This document shows positions 12,791 through 26,200 of a stretch of 64,000 nucleotides of DNA, in pieces. Below the pieces are notes generated by a model. It made no database searches, was not told where the DNA came from, and worked only from the letters and a program-made list of their open reading frames with translations. The stretch comes from Geosiphon pyriformis uo1 (lineage: Eukaryota; Fungi; Glomeromycota), in assembly GCA_016748015.1 (NCBI GenBank), contig JAAOMT010000664.1, positions 1,425,892 through 1,489,891 on the forward strand. The letters run 5' to 3'. Positions within the stretch are counted from its first letter, which is position 1; every line of letters starts with the position of its first letter. Both the position numbers and the translations under genes were made by a program.

Positions 12791-13147
12791 ATTTGCTTTT
12801 ATTTGATTTAATTATACACTGAAGGTTTCACTGGCGGAATATTCTATAGCCTGCTATTTTAACCTTCACAATAAAGTTAAAAAAATAACAGTTATCTATT
12901 TATTAAACAACTTACAATTTCTAAATTTTTGGTTTTTATCACAAGTTAAAACCATAAAACGCTCTTCAGCTGAATAGATATTTGTGTTTCTCCGCTAATT
13001 AAAGTTATAGATTTTAGTGGTGTTTTAATTTTTTTACTGTGCAGTGGTATAAAAAAGTGCTTCTAAAAAATATTCAATAAAGGGACTCGAAAAGAGTAAA
13101 AGTTTTCTATTAAACAATGTTTTAATGTCAACATATTTTCATATATA

Positions 13148-14488
13148 CAGGGGGGTATAAAAAGTATTGGACACTTAATATAATATATAAAAAAGGCTAT
13201 ATATAGTAATACCATTACCAATTTAAGCCATAATTTTTTTTATAATTACTTATAGTTATAATCTACAAATCAACATAAATCGCGTCCTTGTAAAACACAA
13301 CAGTGGATCATACGCGTATTTATAAAATATCAAACATTCTTGTCGTGAAAAAATTTACCGCATCAAATGTGTCTTAGAAAAGAACTTTCTGAATACCAAA
13401 AAGGAGGGATTATTTCAGCAAAAAAGTTAGGACATACAAATAGTGAGATTTCCATGACTATTGGATGTTCACGTTATTCTGTAATATGTGTATGGAAGTC
13501 ATATGAGCTAAAAAACGAACGGGCCGACCACAAATTCTTGACAAACGCGCACGTGAACAACTCAAATATTCAATAATGGAGAATAAAGAAACCCGCCGCC
13601 AAACTCTTTCTCAAATACGATTGAATTTTATTAAAGATACCAACAAATCTATTTCTATACAAACTATTCGAAATGGATTAGCTCAAGAAGGACTTCGCTC
13701 GTGCATTCCTCGTCTCAAGCCATTAATTTCCAAATCAAATAAAGAAAAACGTTTACAATGGGCTCGTACTTATGAAAATTGGACAGTAGAAGATTTTAAA
13801 CGAGTTGTTTGGTCAGATGAATCTACATATACACAATTTAGGACTACAGGATTTGGACGTGTATGGCATAAACCTTCCGAAGAGTTTCATAAGGATTGTA
13901 TTGCAGCCACAGTTAGAAAAAGCTTTGGTCGCATGTTTTGGGGATGTTTTTCATGGGTTGGTTTGGGTCCTTTAGTTCCTTTGGTTGGTCATATTACTGG
14001 AGTTATACACCGCGAAACCTTGGCTAATTATGCAATTCCTACGGTAAAACTTCATGCAAAAAAAACTAAAAAAAAGTTTTTTTTTCAGGAAGACAATGCA
14101 CCAATTCACACATCAAAAGTCGCGCGTTCTTTTCTTACCTCTTCAAATGTTGAATTACTTCCTTGGCCAGCACAAAGTCCTGATATTACTCCAATAGAAA
14201 ATCTTTGGTCATATATTGAAGTTAAAATTCGTCAACGTAATTCACAACCCTCAAATATTGTACAATTGGAACAGTGGGTTAAGGAAGAATGGGATGCGAT
14301 ACCTGTAAATTACTATCGTAATTTGATCAAGTCTATGCCACGTCGAGTTCAAGCTATTCTTGAAGCAAATGGGGGTCAAACAAAATACTAACATGTATTT
14401 TAATATAATAAAAAAAAATTAACGATTCATAAGTTAGTTCTTTTATATAACATATTATAAAAGTGTCCAATACTTTTTATACCCCCTG
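13148..14488 (+). mobile_element. Full-length Tc1 DNA transposon (DD34E), 1341 bp
   Basis: TIRs CAGGGGG(G)TATAAAAAGTATTGGACACTT at 13148-13176 and 14461-14488 (one G indel). TA TSD at 13146-13147 and 14489-14490. Confidence 0.95.
13367..14391 (+). pseudogene. Tc1 transposase with a single frameshift near 13510
   Basis: HTH in the first frame, then KRTGRP in the second frame running into MENKETRR. Catalytic VWSDES, FQEDNA and SPDITPIE with 34 residues between the second D and the E. Confidence 0.9.
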
Positions 14489-15910
14489 TATTTAAAAATT
14501 GCAAATCTTTCATTTTTATTATTGACTGTGTGATTGAAATCCTATTATTTAGAAGAAATACAATTGAAAATACCTTTCAAACGTAGAACAATAATTCAGA
14601 TTATTTTCTATCGATTTCTTTATATTTTTAAAGACAAAGAAGGGTTGCTAAAGTTTATTCTTTATGTGACAAAGAATTCTCTTATGTAATAAAATTTTAA
14701 AGCTATCCGAATAATTATTCACAATCTGTTTATAACAATTGTTTAAATTATTCAAACTGAAGATATATTAATTATAATAACATTTTATTTATTGAAAAAA
14801 TGATTTTAAGCATAAATCTTTTTATATACATATGTTTATAACAATAAACAAAATTTCAACTTAATACAATCAAAAATTTAATTCTTATAGTATTATACTT
14901 GACAAAAAGTCATTTTTTCATGAAGCTCATGTCAATTTTAACAGTATTTATAATCTTTGGATCAAAGTGGGTACATTTATTAAAAAATCTATTAATTGAA
15001 TTATTGATATAATTTAATATTTAATTAATATTTTATATTTTTGTTATTTGATTTTAAATATTTTATATTTTGTTTGTAAATTATATTGAAATAGTTCAAA
15101 TTCAAATTTTAATTTAATTTTCAAAACAAAAAATATTAGGGAATTTGTTTAGATTATATTTTTAAACCAAGTGTATTTTTTTTTGTTTTTAAATACATGC
15201 TATATTTAATTCGGATTTTTAATTTTGATAAAGTGAAGTCTAAATTTTTAAATAAAAACCATAAAATAAATTCCAAAGAAAGTTGGGAGTCATTTTTTTG
15301 ACTATAAATCGTTATAAAATTGCTTATATATTACAATCAATATTGTAAAATATAAAATAAAAACTTTTACCTTGATTAAAAATTTAAAAAGACATAGATT
15401 TTTTTATTTAAAATTTTAATTATAATAATTTGAAAATACAACAGATGATCTAATTATTTAGACACTTTTTTTAGACAAGTGTATGACTAAATTACTAATT
15501 AAAAGTTATTATAATAATATCGGACGGAAATTATTCCCTTTCAAGTGTTTAATCTTGTATGAATATTTATATAGGAAATACATAAAAAAAGATCCTAGCG
15601 ACTCACAAATATTCCTGACTTTATGATCAGTGATTTTAAAAAAATTTTGCTTGTGACTTGGAAAACTTAATAATTTTATGTAGCTTAAATTCATAACGAA
15701 TTTCTTTCTTCCAACACAGAAAATTCCCTCTAAATGCACCCTTCTAGGGAAGAGTTATGAGCATGCATTTGAAGAAAAAATAATTTTATGTACCTCAAAA
15801 ACTATGCGATGAATTCGGTACAACATCCCGTACGTCATAATTTAGATATTTCAACATATTCGAAATCCAGGCATTTCAAAATTCTAGCAACCAGAATCTG
15901 AAGAATTGTA

Positions 15911-16470
15911 CACAGCCAAAGATAAATAAAATACATTTATTAAAATAATAAATACTATTAAATGGAACTTTTATTTTTTATTATTATTTAAAAATTTTAT
16001 TGTGTATAATTAATTATAACTTTATCAGTTAGCAAATAAAATAATTAAAGATAAATATAAATGCTTTAAGACTTTCCTAAATAAAATAATTTTTTTTCAT
16101 ATCAATAACATTGTTAGCCAATTCTTTCTATTCCAATGTCTCGAATTTCACAAGAAAACGCTTCTAAATATATAAACAGTGAAAAAACTCATCACGTACA
16201 TACTCTTTTGGATCTAACGAAAAGCTAAAAATGTGATAAAAACAAGAGATGAATCTACAGATTATTAGTCTTAATTGAGTAATATATAATGTGATTTTTA
16301 GAATCTTTTGTCATTTTATTTGTTTTTTAATATTAATTTTCAAATCAGTTATAATATACTAAAAGGGATAAAAATTGAAAATTTTTATTTAAATAATAAT
16401 GAAAAATAAAATTTTCATTAAATAATATTTCTTATTTCAATGAATAGATTTTATTTTACTTTTGGCTATG
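15911..16470. mobile_element. Older MITE-like element with ~85-bp imperfect TIRs and TA flanks
   Basis: TA|CACAGCCAAA...TTATTATTTAAA at the left end is the inverted counterpart of TTTAAATAATAATGAAAAATAAAA...TTTGGCTATG|TA at the right end. Confidence 0.6.
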
Positions 16471-19400
16471 TACAATTTTTTAATTGCGAAATATTTGGAT
16501 CTCTCAACTTTTTTATGCTCAGTTCTTCTGTAAACAACTATAACCATAGAAATAAATGTTTGTATAGGAAATAGTTAATCTTATTTGGTAAAATAATTTT
16601 TTTTTATAAAATTAATAAAATTGACTACTCTTTTTTCTCCAATAAATCTTTCCAAAATATCCACTAATTCTAATTATTCTGTTGTGTTTTTTAAAAAGCA
16701 AAAACATTTTATTTCTATTTTATTAAAATGAAAAAGATATCAAGTGTTTTAACAAGTTTGAAAACTGATAGTACAGTATTTAATAACTATTATTCAAAAA
16801 TTAAAAATATTGATTATGTAAATTAAAACTATAATTTATAATATATTTTAATTTTGACAACTTTTAATAGTACAAAATGATATTTTAAAAAATATTTTCA
16901 AAAAGAATTTAATTAGGTAAACTATTTATTTATTAGTAAAAACTGGTATTTTTTTATAATTTAATTAAATATAATATTAATTGCATACAAATATAATGAA
17001 ATATAATTTTAATAATTATCAGATTTTTACTAAATTAATAGATTTTTTCAACTTGCTAATTGCATTAGAGAAAAATGATTCTAAAACCACTATTATTGTG
17101 AAATTATAAATTGTTTGTTATAATTTTTTTCAAGTTTAGTAATATACTGTAAAATTGTCATTTATTTTAAAACACTTCTTTTATATCCATAATTTTGTAT
17201 TTAAAAAAGGAATAATAGTTATCAAAAATTCATTTGTAAATAAAAAGCAAACAATAAAAAGATAATAATAAAAATAAAATTACATGTTTTAATTTTATAG
17301 TTATTTATATAAACATATGATTAATTATTATGATTGCATTACATAAAATGCATTTTAAAAAAGATTTGAAATAAAAAATTGAAAAAATGAATTATATTGT
17401 CCTATTTATTTTTTGTATTTAATTGTTTCAATTATTTTTTTAATTATATATTAACTATTTATGTCACATTATTAGCCAGTTTACTTAAAAATTTATTGTT
17501 AGTTTGATTAAAATTTTGACCAATGATTTAATTTTTGACTGATTTTTTAACTTAATGATTAATTTAATTTCAACCTTTTCAGCTATAAAAAATGAATTTT
17601 TTATTGATTATACTTTTAAATCAATCTACAAATTTTTTTAAAAATTTTTATTAAAATTTGTCTCAGAAATAAAATATTTGTTTTTTTATTCACTTGTAAA
17701 TAAAAATTTTAAAGCAAATAATAATTTACAAAACTAATTTTTATTTGAATTATTTAAATATTTAATTTGTTTTTTTATTTGTTTAAATTTTTAAATTAAT
17801 TTTATTCTTTTAATCATTTAAGTATTTGTTTGTTATTCCAATTTTCAACATTACAAAAACTTTTCATTATTTTGTATAATTAAAAATTAATAAAACTTAT
17901 TAAATAAGCAGATCTTATTGTTTTCGTCAAAGTTTCTCGAAAATAAAGTAATTTTCATAAAAAATAACAAAATTTTTTGTCCCAAATAAGTTTTTTTAAT
18001 TGACTTACATAAATAAAAATAACTACTTATATAATATGAGTTTCATTTGTATGCCTTTTAATCCAACTTCGATATTAACTTAAAAAATTTTTTGGCTTTA
18101 AAATATCTTAATAGAATACAAAATTAATTGATTTATTTATAAAAAAAAGTGCACAAATCTTAAAAATTTTGTTATTTAACAAAATTAATAATTGAAACAA
18201 TTTATAAATATCAATAAATTTAAAATAATTAAAAATACTTATTTCAATTATATTTAACCACTTTATTTTATATTTATTTCTACCATTTTTTTACTATTAA
18301 ATTAAAGTCAATCTTATTTCTTTTTTTTACCTTTTTTAAATTGTATTTGTTAAAATTAACTTGAGAAATAAGAAACTTTTTTTTGTAATTTATTGAATTA
18401 ACAGTTTTAAAAATAATTGATAATTTTTTAGTTAATTAATTTAGCACTTAAAAAAATTAATATTTAAATAATTTTAATAAATTAAAAAGCTTTTAAAATA
18501 ACTATAATTAATTTAAAAAAAGTTTTTAAATACTATAATAAATTTATGTTTTTATACCAAATATTATAATTATAACAAGTTAATTAACTAGGTTTATTAA
18601 ATTATAAAAAAAAAATTAAAATATAACATAACAAAAATTATTTTTAACTTTTAAATTATTTTGCATGTCAAAATTAAAAAAAGGCCAGATCTGATTTGCT
18701 TACCTGGTTTACAGACCGTTTTCCTATGAAATTATTATCATCCCAGTAGAAGGTATAATACTCCTTGTATTATTGGTGACAAGTGAAAGAGAACAATAGT
18801 TTGAGCTAGATCGACTTTCCGAAGGAATGTTAAAAAATCTGGCAAATCATATTTGGTACACGTTTTTTAATTGTCAATGATGAACACAATAGCAGTAAAT
18901 ACTACCACAAATTTCTCAATAAAAAGAATGTGGACTCGTAAGCCAATTTATAATTGTAAAGAAAAATACCGACACATGAAAATAATACGCACATAGACAG
19001 GAATGAAAAAGTACAAACTTTAGGATGTCGAATACCTAGATATTTGATCCCTGGAACAACATAAAATGAGAAATCAGTTTATTATTGAGTTCAAAGAAAA
19101 AATGGATAACCACTTCGCCTCGAGGTTTTTGTTGCAGATTAGTATCTGCTACAAATAAATAACTCTTTTTAAAAACTTTTCATTTGATCAAAACTTTGGT
19201 GTAAAGCGTGCAAGATCTTGCTAATCTCGGAGACTTGAATTGGTAATCACCTTTGGTCACTTGGTTTGCAAAAGGGTTATTATCCTCGTTACATAAAGTA
19301 TGCAGTTTAAAGTGACTGAAGGAAAAATTACCTATATTTTTTTTGCAATAGCCTTTGCTCCTAGCACCATTATATTTTTTTTAAAATACAGTCGGGCAGG

Positions 19401-19781
19401 CAGCAGTTATAAACTGAAAATTTTTTCATCCGATCATGACGAATAGTGTTATGAACAGAATATCCCCGATTAAATATTGAAAATTTTTCAGTAAATTTGC
19501 AAAATTGTTGAAACCCTTCGATTCAGTAAAAGTGGATGTTTTTCGCTCAAACATTAAAATAGTTATTTTATTTGCTACTATTTTTCTAGCTACTGTACAT
19601 ATATATATAAAGAGCTTCTCATCAAAACAATGATTTAATAGCTAGCAAAATTATTCGTTAATTAAGAATAAATTAAATTAAAAAAGCCAACCAGCATTAT
19701 AAAACTTGCTTTTGTTTTTGAGAATAATAATAAAGGAAAAAGCTTCCATTCTGACTGAAATTTGAGAGCTAATATTTCTAA

Positions 19782-20123
19782 CTATGCATATACTATTTGA
19801 CATTCGGCAGTACGGCAGGCAGTAGCGGTTCTTGGGATCTGGACACATTCTTCAGGATAGTAACAGGGAGGGCATCGTGGTAAGAAGTCTGCACAAAAAA
19901 TACGTTTCTCAAGCGAACCTACCAGTGATGTTTTGCAATATGCCAAATACAATTAGCATTTTTTCTTATGCTAATTAGAAAAATTCCGAATTTTGTCAAA
20001 AATAGTAATTTATCAACTCATACTTTTTCCCTTTGGAAACGCATCTACCCAAGTGAGTAGAAAAGCATAAGCAAGAAAAGTGGATATGAGGAGAATTTTG
20101 AAAACTAATTTTCCTTTGTCCAT
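19782..20123 (-). CDS. Small secreted cysteine-rich prepropeptide, 78 aa (exons 20123-20024 and 19918-19782); Opy2-N-like Cys spacing
   Basis: Hand-spliced over a 105-nt GTATGA...GCTAAT...TAG intron: MDKGKLVFKILLISTFLAYAFLLTWVDA-FPKGKSSLEKR-IFCADFLPRCPPCYYPEECVQIPRTATACRTAECQIVYA*. Shows a signal peptide, a KR site and 6 Cys; exon 2 is a GC-rich island. Absent from the ORF track. Confidence 0.85.
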
Positions 20124-21988
20124 CTCGTAGTTTTTTACGTGTTTTTTAGATGTTTGAGGGGATGAAAAGTTTCTTGATAAAGCGAACTCTTGTTGAATAA
20201 GGATAAAAAGCTAGAGAAAAATGGGTCTTTTTATAGAGTATTCATGGTGTTCTCATTTAATAATTTTTTCAAACTTGATCAAATTTTAGGAAAAATTAAA
20301 CGTAAAACCAATATCCAAAAATTTTTGGCCGTCATTTCTATTTTAAATTTTATCATAGTTTACTATTTTGAGAAACAATGTCAGAAAGCTAATCTTACGT
20401 GCCAATTAGATGTTAAGCAAAGGAAATAACAATCAGCCTCATATTAAAATTTCTATTTTTACTATGGAGGTAGCTCCGAAAAGTCAAAAGAATACATTAT
20501 AAGATTTCTAATCTGGAAATGTTGGCAAGAAAATTTTCTCATGAACGAAAGCGGCAATTCGTTAAAAAATTTATATCTTACTGGAAAATGAAAGCATATG
20601 CCAACTTTGTCGGAAGCTTTGATATAATAAAACTATATATCTCATTTTTAAATTTAATATCTTCATAAGTCTAAATTCTCACTCAATTTATTTGAAACTG
20701 CCATATCAAACAGAAGATTCTAGTCCATTCTCTTGGCGAAAATCAAGGGCTCTTAGGTTTGAAACTTGAATGCGGCAAATCTTTAGTTTGAAAGCACTAG
20801 CATGTATGATTGTGTTTTTGTGCTTTTTTATAATTTGATAATTTTTATAAAAATTCCTGTTTTAATGTTGAGGAAACATGAATTGACGGTTGGTTTTATC
20901 TTCGCATTTGATTTTGAATTCACAATGAGTTAATAAATTTATTTTGCATATAATAGTGGGAAATGTGTTTATGTTGGTATCGATCCAAAGAATCCAAAGA
21001 ATCCTAAAAATGAGTCTGAAAAATGGAACAGAGAAACTATTTCACTAATTAAGTAAAAAGATGAGCATTTTTTTATATCAAGTCTAAATTCATTTCTTTG
21101 GCATCATATAAATCAAATGTAAAATTCTTAAATAAAATTTAACCTTTTTCAATGACAAACAAATTGGGTTTGCAAAGAAAAATTACGCAAAAATTTATTC
21201 TAAAAATCAAAAATAATATTATATAAACGATACACTGTACTTCAGAGCAGCGTTAAAAAAAATTACTTTTCGTTTATAATGATCTTAATTTCAAAGCATT
21301 ACCACATTACCAAGACACTCTTATCAATATACAAAGATAAAACTATTTATACTCTTCCTTAAGTAAATCTTTCAATGTGATAATTTACCAAATGAGATGC
21401 TTGAAAATTAAATGTAGTTTTAAAATTTACTTTATCCCAAATAAAAATTTGCTCGGAGCTATACTAATATTCTAATATTCAATTTATTTGTAATTTCCCT
21501 CTATTTGATATAAAAAAATGTGTATTTGTAATTGGAAAAAGTATTGATAATAAATAAATCAGGTAAAGGAAGCTTAAGCCAAAATTTCAAAATATATCTT
21601 ATCACAAAAAATTGGCTAAAATTAAATTTGAAAATCCTATATTCTTTTAAGAATTTGTAAAAAAATTAATTGTCAAATTATAATCTTTAGAAATAATATC
21701 TATTATAGAAAACTTTGATCAAGAAGTATTAAACTATTTAAGATTCTAGTTTCTGATGATAGTAATGCTTAAAAATAACAAATGTCACCTGAATGGATCT
21801 GAAAGCTGTGCATTTATTTAGCTATGAACTATTTGAATTATCGTAATGGGTGCTTTGAAGCTTCAAGATTAGTTAATAAATGTGTTAGGTATCTAGTTCC
21901 TACTCGATCGAATAGGATCAACCATATAAGAGTCAGAGGTGTGCAATTCTAAAAATCTGATAATGCCATATTTAGATTTCCTGAGGCA

Positions 21989-23252
21989 TCAACATATTCC
22001 TATTAAATAGCCGAAATATGGACCAAAGTGTAGCTCTAGTCTTAAATTATTTGGTGCTTGAGAACTTTATACCATTTCGTTGCATTCCTTTTATATATAG
22101 AAGAATGTCATAGGAAGTTTAAATTTCTTGAAAATTCCAAAGTTTAAAACTATCAACTTGGGCTCTTCAAATCTCTTTAAATATTCATTCCAAAATTCTT
22201 TATATGCATAAAGATTAAAATGCGCTGGTTTTGTGGCAGAGTTTTTCGAGATAGATGGATCTGAACATTCGCAATCTTGTTCAATCGAATATTCATACGC
22301 AGAATGAAAATATCCTTTTAAATCTCCGCTTCTGGAAGGCATTTGTGGGATAAAATCATCTTGATAGGTGATCCGGTATATACTTATGCAATCATTTAAA
22401 AATTTTGATAAAGGAAGTTCTCCCATTCGTGGTTGGTCAAATGTAAAGACAGATATCAATTTAGCATCCAAAATTCTTGAGATCCAGAAAGCACCCATGA
22501 TAGGGTAGACTCGAAAAGAAGAAGAGCCAGAAAATTTCATCAAATTCTGAAATATGCGGCTTTATAAAATTAAAACTTTAAATTAAAAAAACTCACCACC
22601 ACCTTCATCATGACCGATTGTGCTTATCACGTACTTAAGAGTGCCTATTTTTCTAACCAAACTTTTCACCATTTTCTTTATTTGTGGCCAGGCTTCTTCA
22701 AATGAATTCCAACAATATTTATCCGCTTTATATTTTTTAATAATTTGGATGGGAATTAATACATTTTTCTCTGTTTTTCCATTGATCCACATTCAATTTC
22801 ATCCGTCCTCGAAAGTAAATGATGATTTCTTCGGTTTCCTCTAGTTTTATTGCTTTAGCTATTAAAATTCAAAAACATCAATGTAAAATCAAGTTTGAAA
22901 AATGTGTCTTGTCTTACCCAAACAAAAGGGCCTTTACTATCAGTTGAATCTTTAAACATTAAGCTTTTTTGGTATATTGAACAAATTTCTTGAATGTAAA
23001 AAGCCAATGCGGTTTATAATTAGGTCCAATTAGCCTCTTATTTGACCACAAACTTTCTCAAGGAAATAAATTTGTCGTTGAGGTATTTTTCAAATATTCC
23101 TGATTACCTTTGTAAAATTTCAAAGGACTTGAAATTTGACTTTCAAATGTCTTGGAAATTTCTGTTTGTTTCTTTGGCAATCGATTAAGTGAGAATAATG
23201 TAACCAAGCTTAAAATTATTAACAATATCTAATAAGATTTGAATTTTCGCAT
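21989..23252 (-). pseudogene. Class-3-lipase-fold gene (nucleophile motif GHDEGG), disrupted
   Basis: Motifs GHDEGG, TFDQPRMG, RITYQDDFIPQMP, DCECS and terminal LHFGPYFGYLIGIC*. In-frame stops in the signal-peptide region (MRKFKSY*ILL) and in the last exon (22067-22069). Confidence 0.8.
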
Positions 23253-26200
23253 CAATGATAAATTGAGAAAGCTCATAACGATAACTGAGAATTGGGAATT
23301 TCTAGTCCTCAATTATTTAGATAAACTATTTATATAAATTGAACGACGATTATAAAAGGCGTCTAGAAACATATGAAGAAAATCCCTGTGTTTCAGTCTA
23401 AAATCGGACAAATTTATTTCAATATCAAAATACTCAAAAGTTCTGTTCTTGAAAATTGGCCATAGCCTTTTGCCAAACTTTTTCAGATTTAATTGTTTTC
23501 ATACTGGATCTCATAATTAGAAAAATTTACTTTAATGGTCATGACAAGAAAATTTTTCATTTTGAATGTCGATCGTCAAGCGTGACTAGGAGCAACTATA
23601 ATGAATAACGATTTTTTAATCTGCAATAGCATGATGGAGATGCATAACATGAAAATAGTTTAAACAAGAAAATATACCTTAACTCTCGCGATCATTGATT
23701 GATACGAATTCAAAGTAGTGTATTTATATATTTCTGCAAAGCGTTTGGTCGATGAATTAAGTGTGCGTGACGAAAAACTTTTAATGTTACCTGTTAAATA
23801 TTTTTTATTTAAGATTCAATTTGTTTTGTTTTTATCCAACTCTATCTCAAATACTTAAAATTCAAAAGGTTAATTTTCGTGAATCAGAGAAGATATTTGT
23901 CAGTATGCTTTAGTGAATCAACTGTTCTCTCAATGAAGATATGGATATAATAAAGCTAATAATATTTCTCGTATAAGAAAAAAATGTGCCAGTTTTTCTT
24001 AATATTTCAGAGCAGGATTCTGTCGGACCAAGTAAGTTGACTTTATATTTTATTATCAAAAAATTTTTACCTAGTTCTCAACATATATTGATAGTGCAGC
24101 TTCAAAGAGATTATGTATTTCTTGACCCAACACTCAATTCATAATGGATTACATTTTTTTATGCTAAATTTTGACAAATAATTATATTAATAAACTGACT
24201 GCGATTTATTTGTTGAAAATACTTTTAGTAAGCATTCTTTGAATCAAACAAGACTTAATATTTCAGCATATTGTTGTTAAAAGTAATTTAAAACGTGTTT
24301 TATATCAGAAGAATTTAAAAATATTGAATATTTTTAATTATTTTATTAACAAAATATTAATACTTTAATTAGGCTGGTACTAAAACCTGTTAATTTATTA
24401 AGTACCTTAAATTGAAATGCCAAATTTTTTTAATGACAAAAAAAAATGTATTACAATTGGTCAACTTTCTTAATTATTAAAATCTAGTAAAAACCTAATT
24501 TTTAAGCAATAAAAAGCTATTATTTATAATTATTTTTAATAGAATTTTACACTATTACAATTAATATTGATTGAAAAAGATTTGTTGTAGACAATATAAT
24601 TTATAGATATTGTAAAACAGAAATCATTAAAGATACTTTTGAACATATGCACTTTTTATTATTTTTATTACTCTGTTTTTAAACTTAAATTATCAATCAT
24701 TTAAATATTTTTTAAGTCATTACTTTTTTTGCTGCTAAAATAAAACCTAATGTTTTTATAAAAAAAATCAAACATTTTGTATTATTTATTTGAAGTTATT
24801 TTTATTATTATAAATACTATGAAAAACTTAATGAATTTCTTGTTTATAAAGACTAAACTGTTTTAAATTTTGAAAAGTTTTTATAATTTTAAAAATCAAA
24901 TATAAATAAAGACTAAATATTCAAGTAATATTATTAGAAATAATTTGAAACTGTTTTTTTTAATATAAAACTGGATTTTTAATTTATGCAATTGTTTTGT
25001 CATTAATACATTACATCTATTTAATTATTAAAAAATGCCAAACTTTTAAACTGGTTTGTTTAAAATTTTAACTCGTTAGTTATTTAAAAAATTTACAAGA
25101 TAAATTTAATATATTGCCTAATCTTAGAGTCATTATATAATATTGAAATAGTCTTTTAATAAATTAGAATCAGTATCATGTTAAAAAAAAAGATAAAAGC
25201 AATAAATAATTTTTGTAATTATTACATGGTTGAAACTTCAGATCATATAAATATAATTAATTATCATTAATATAATGGTCATTTGTAGTTAAAATTAATT
25301 TTTATACATAATATTTGATTTTAATTTTAAAATAACATATTAAATCAGTAATTCAAAAATTTTAAGGTTGAATATATTAAATGAAAATAAAAAGCATATT
25401 TTTAATTGATTTTTAATTATTGTTCAAAAAATAATAATTACATTATTTAAACATTTTTTGTAATTGGTTTAATATAACATTTTATATTTTAGTTATTATA
25501 TTTTATGAATATTTTGGGAGCAAATAAATACAAACAATGAACAAAACTAAATGACAATTTATTTTTAAATTCGTAAAGATTTTAGTAAAACTTATTTTAA
25601 CATAATTTACATCCAAAAAAACTTCAACAACTACCAGAATAATGAATTTTTTAAGCAGAGAGGCCTTAGTTTTATGAATATTTTGTTGAAGTCACATTCT
25701 GGAGTGAATTCAAGTTGAAAATTTCAGAGCTACATTTGAGAGATTTAATGGATTCTCATTCATAGCATTGTTTGGCTCTGGTTAAAGTGAAATTTTTAAT
25801 AATCAAATCTTTTCTTAAAGATTTTCTAAAGCTGTCATTATCAACATGATTTCAGTACTTATCAAATGTCTCTTTATCATTCAAAATTGTATAAAAAAGA
25901 ACTTAACTCTTTCAAAGAAAATATTTTTAGATAGCTAGAGAAATATTATACTCAAATCAAAATAAACTTGACTGAAATAAATATTTTTTGTTTAAACTAT
26001 ATTTACTAAAATTGAGGTCAGTTGAAGATTTAACATAATAATGACAACGCAAATAATCCAATTATCTTTTATTTAATTTTTCAGACGATAAATATTTTCT
26101 ACTCTTTCCGATAAAAATATTATTCAATCACGTTAATCGAGTTGATTTAATTTGCAATATTAATTAATTGTTTTTTACAATTTTTTCATTCTATATTTTC

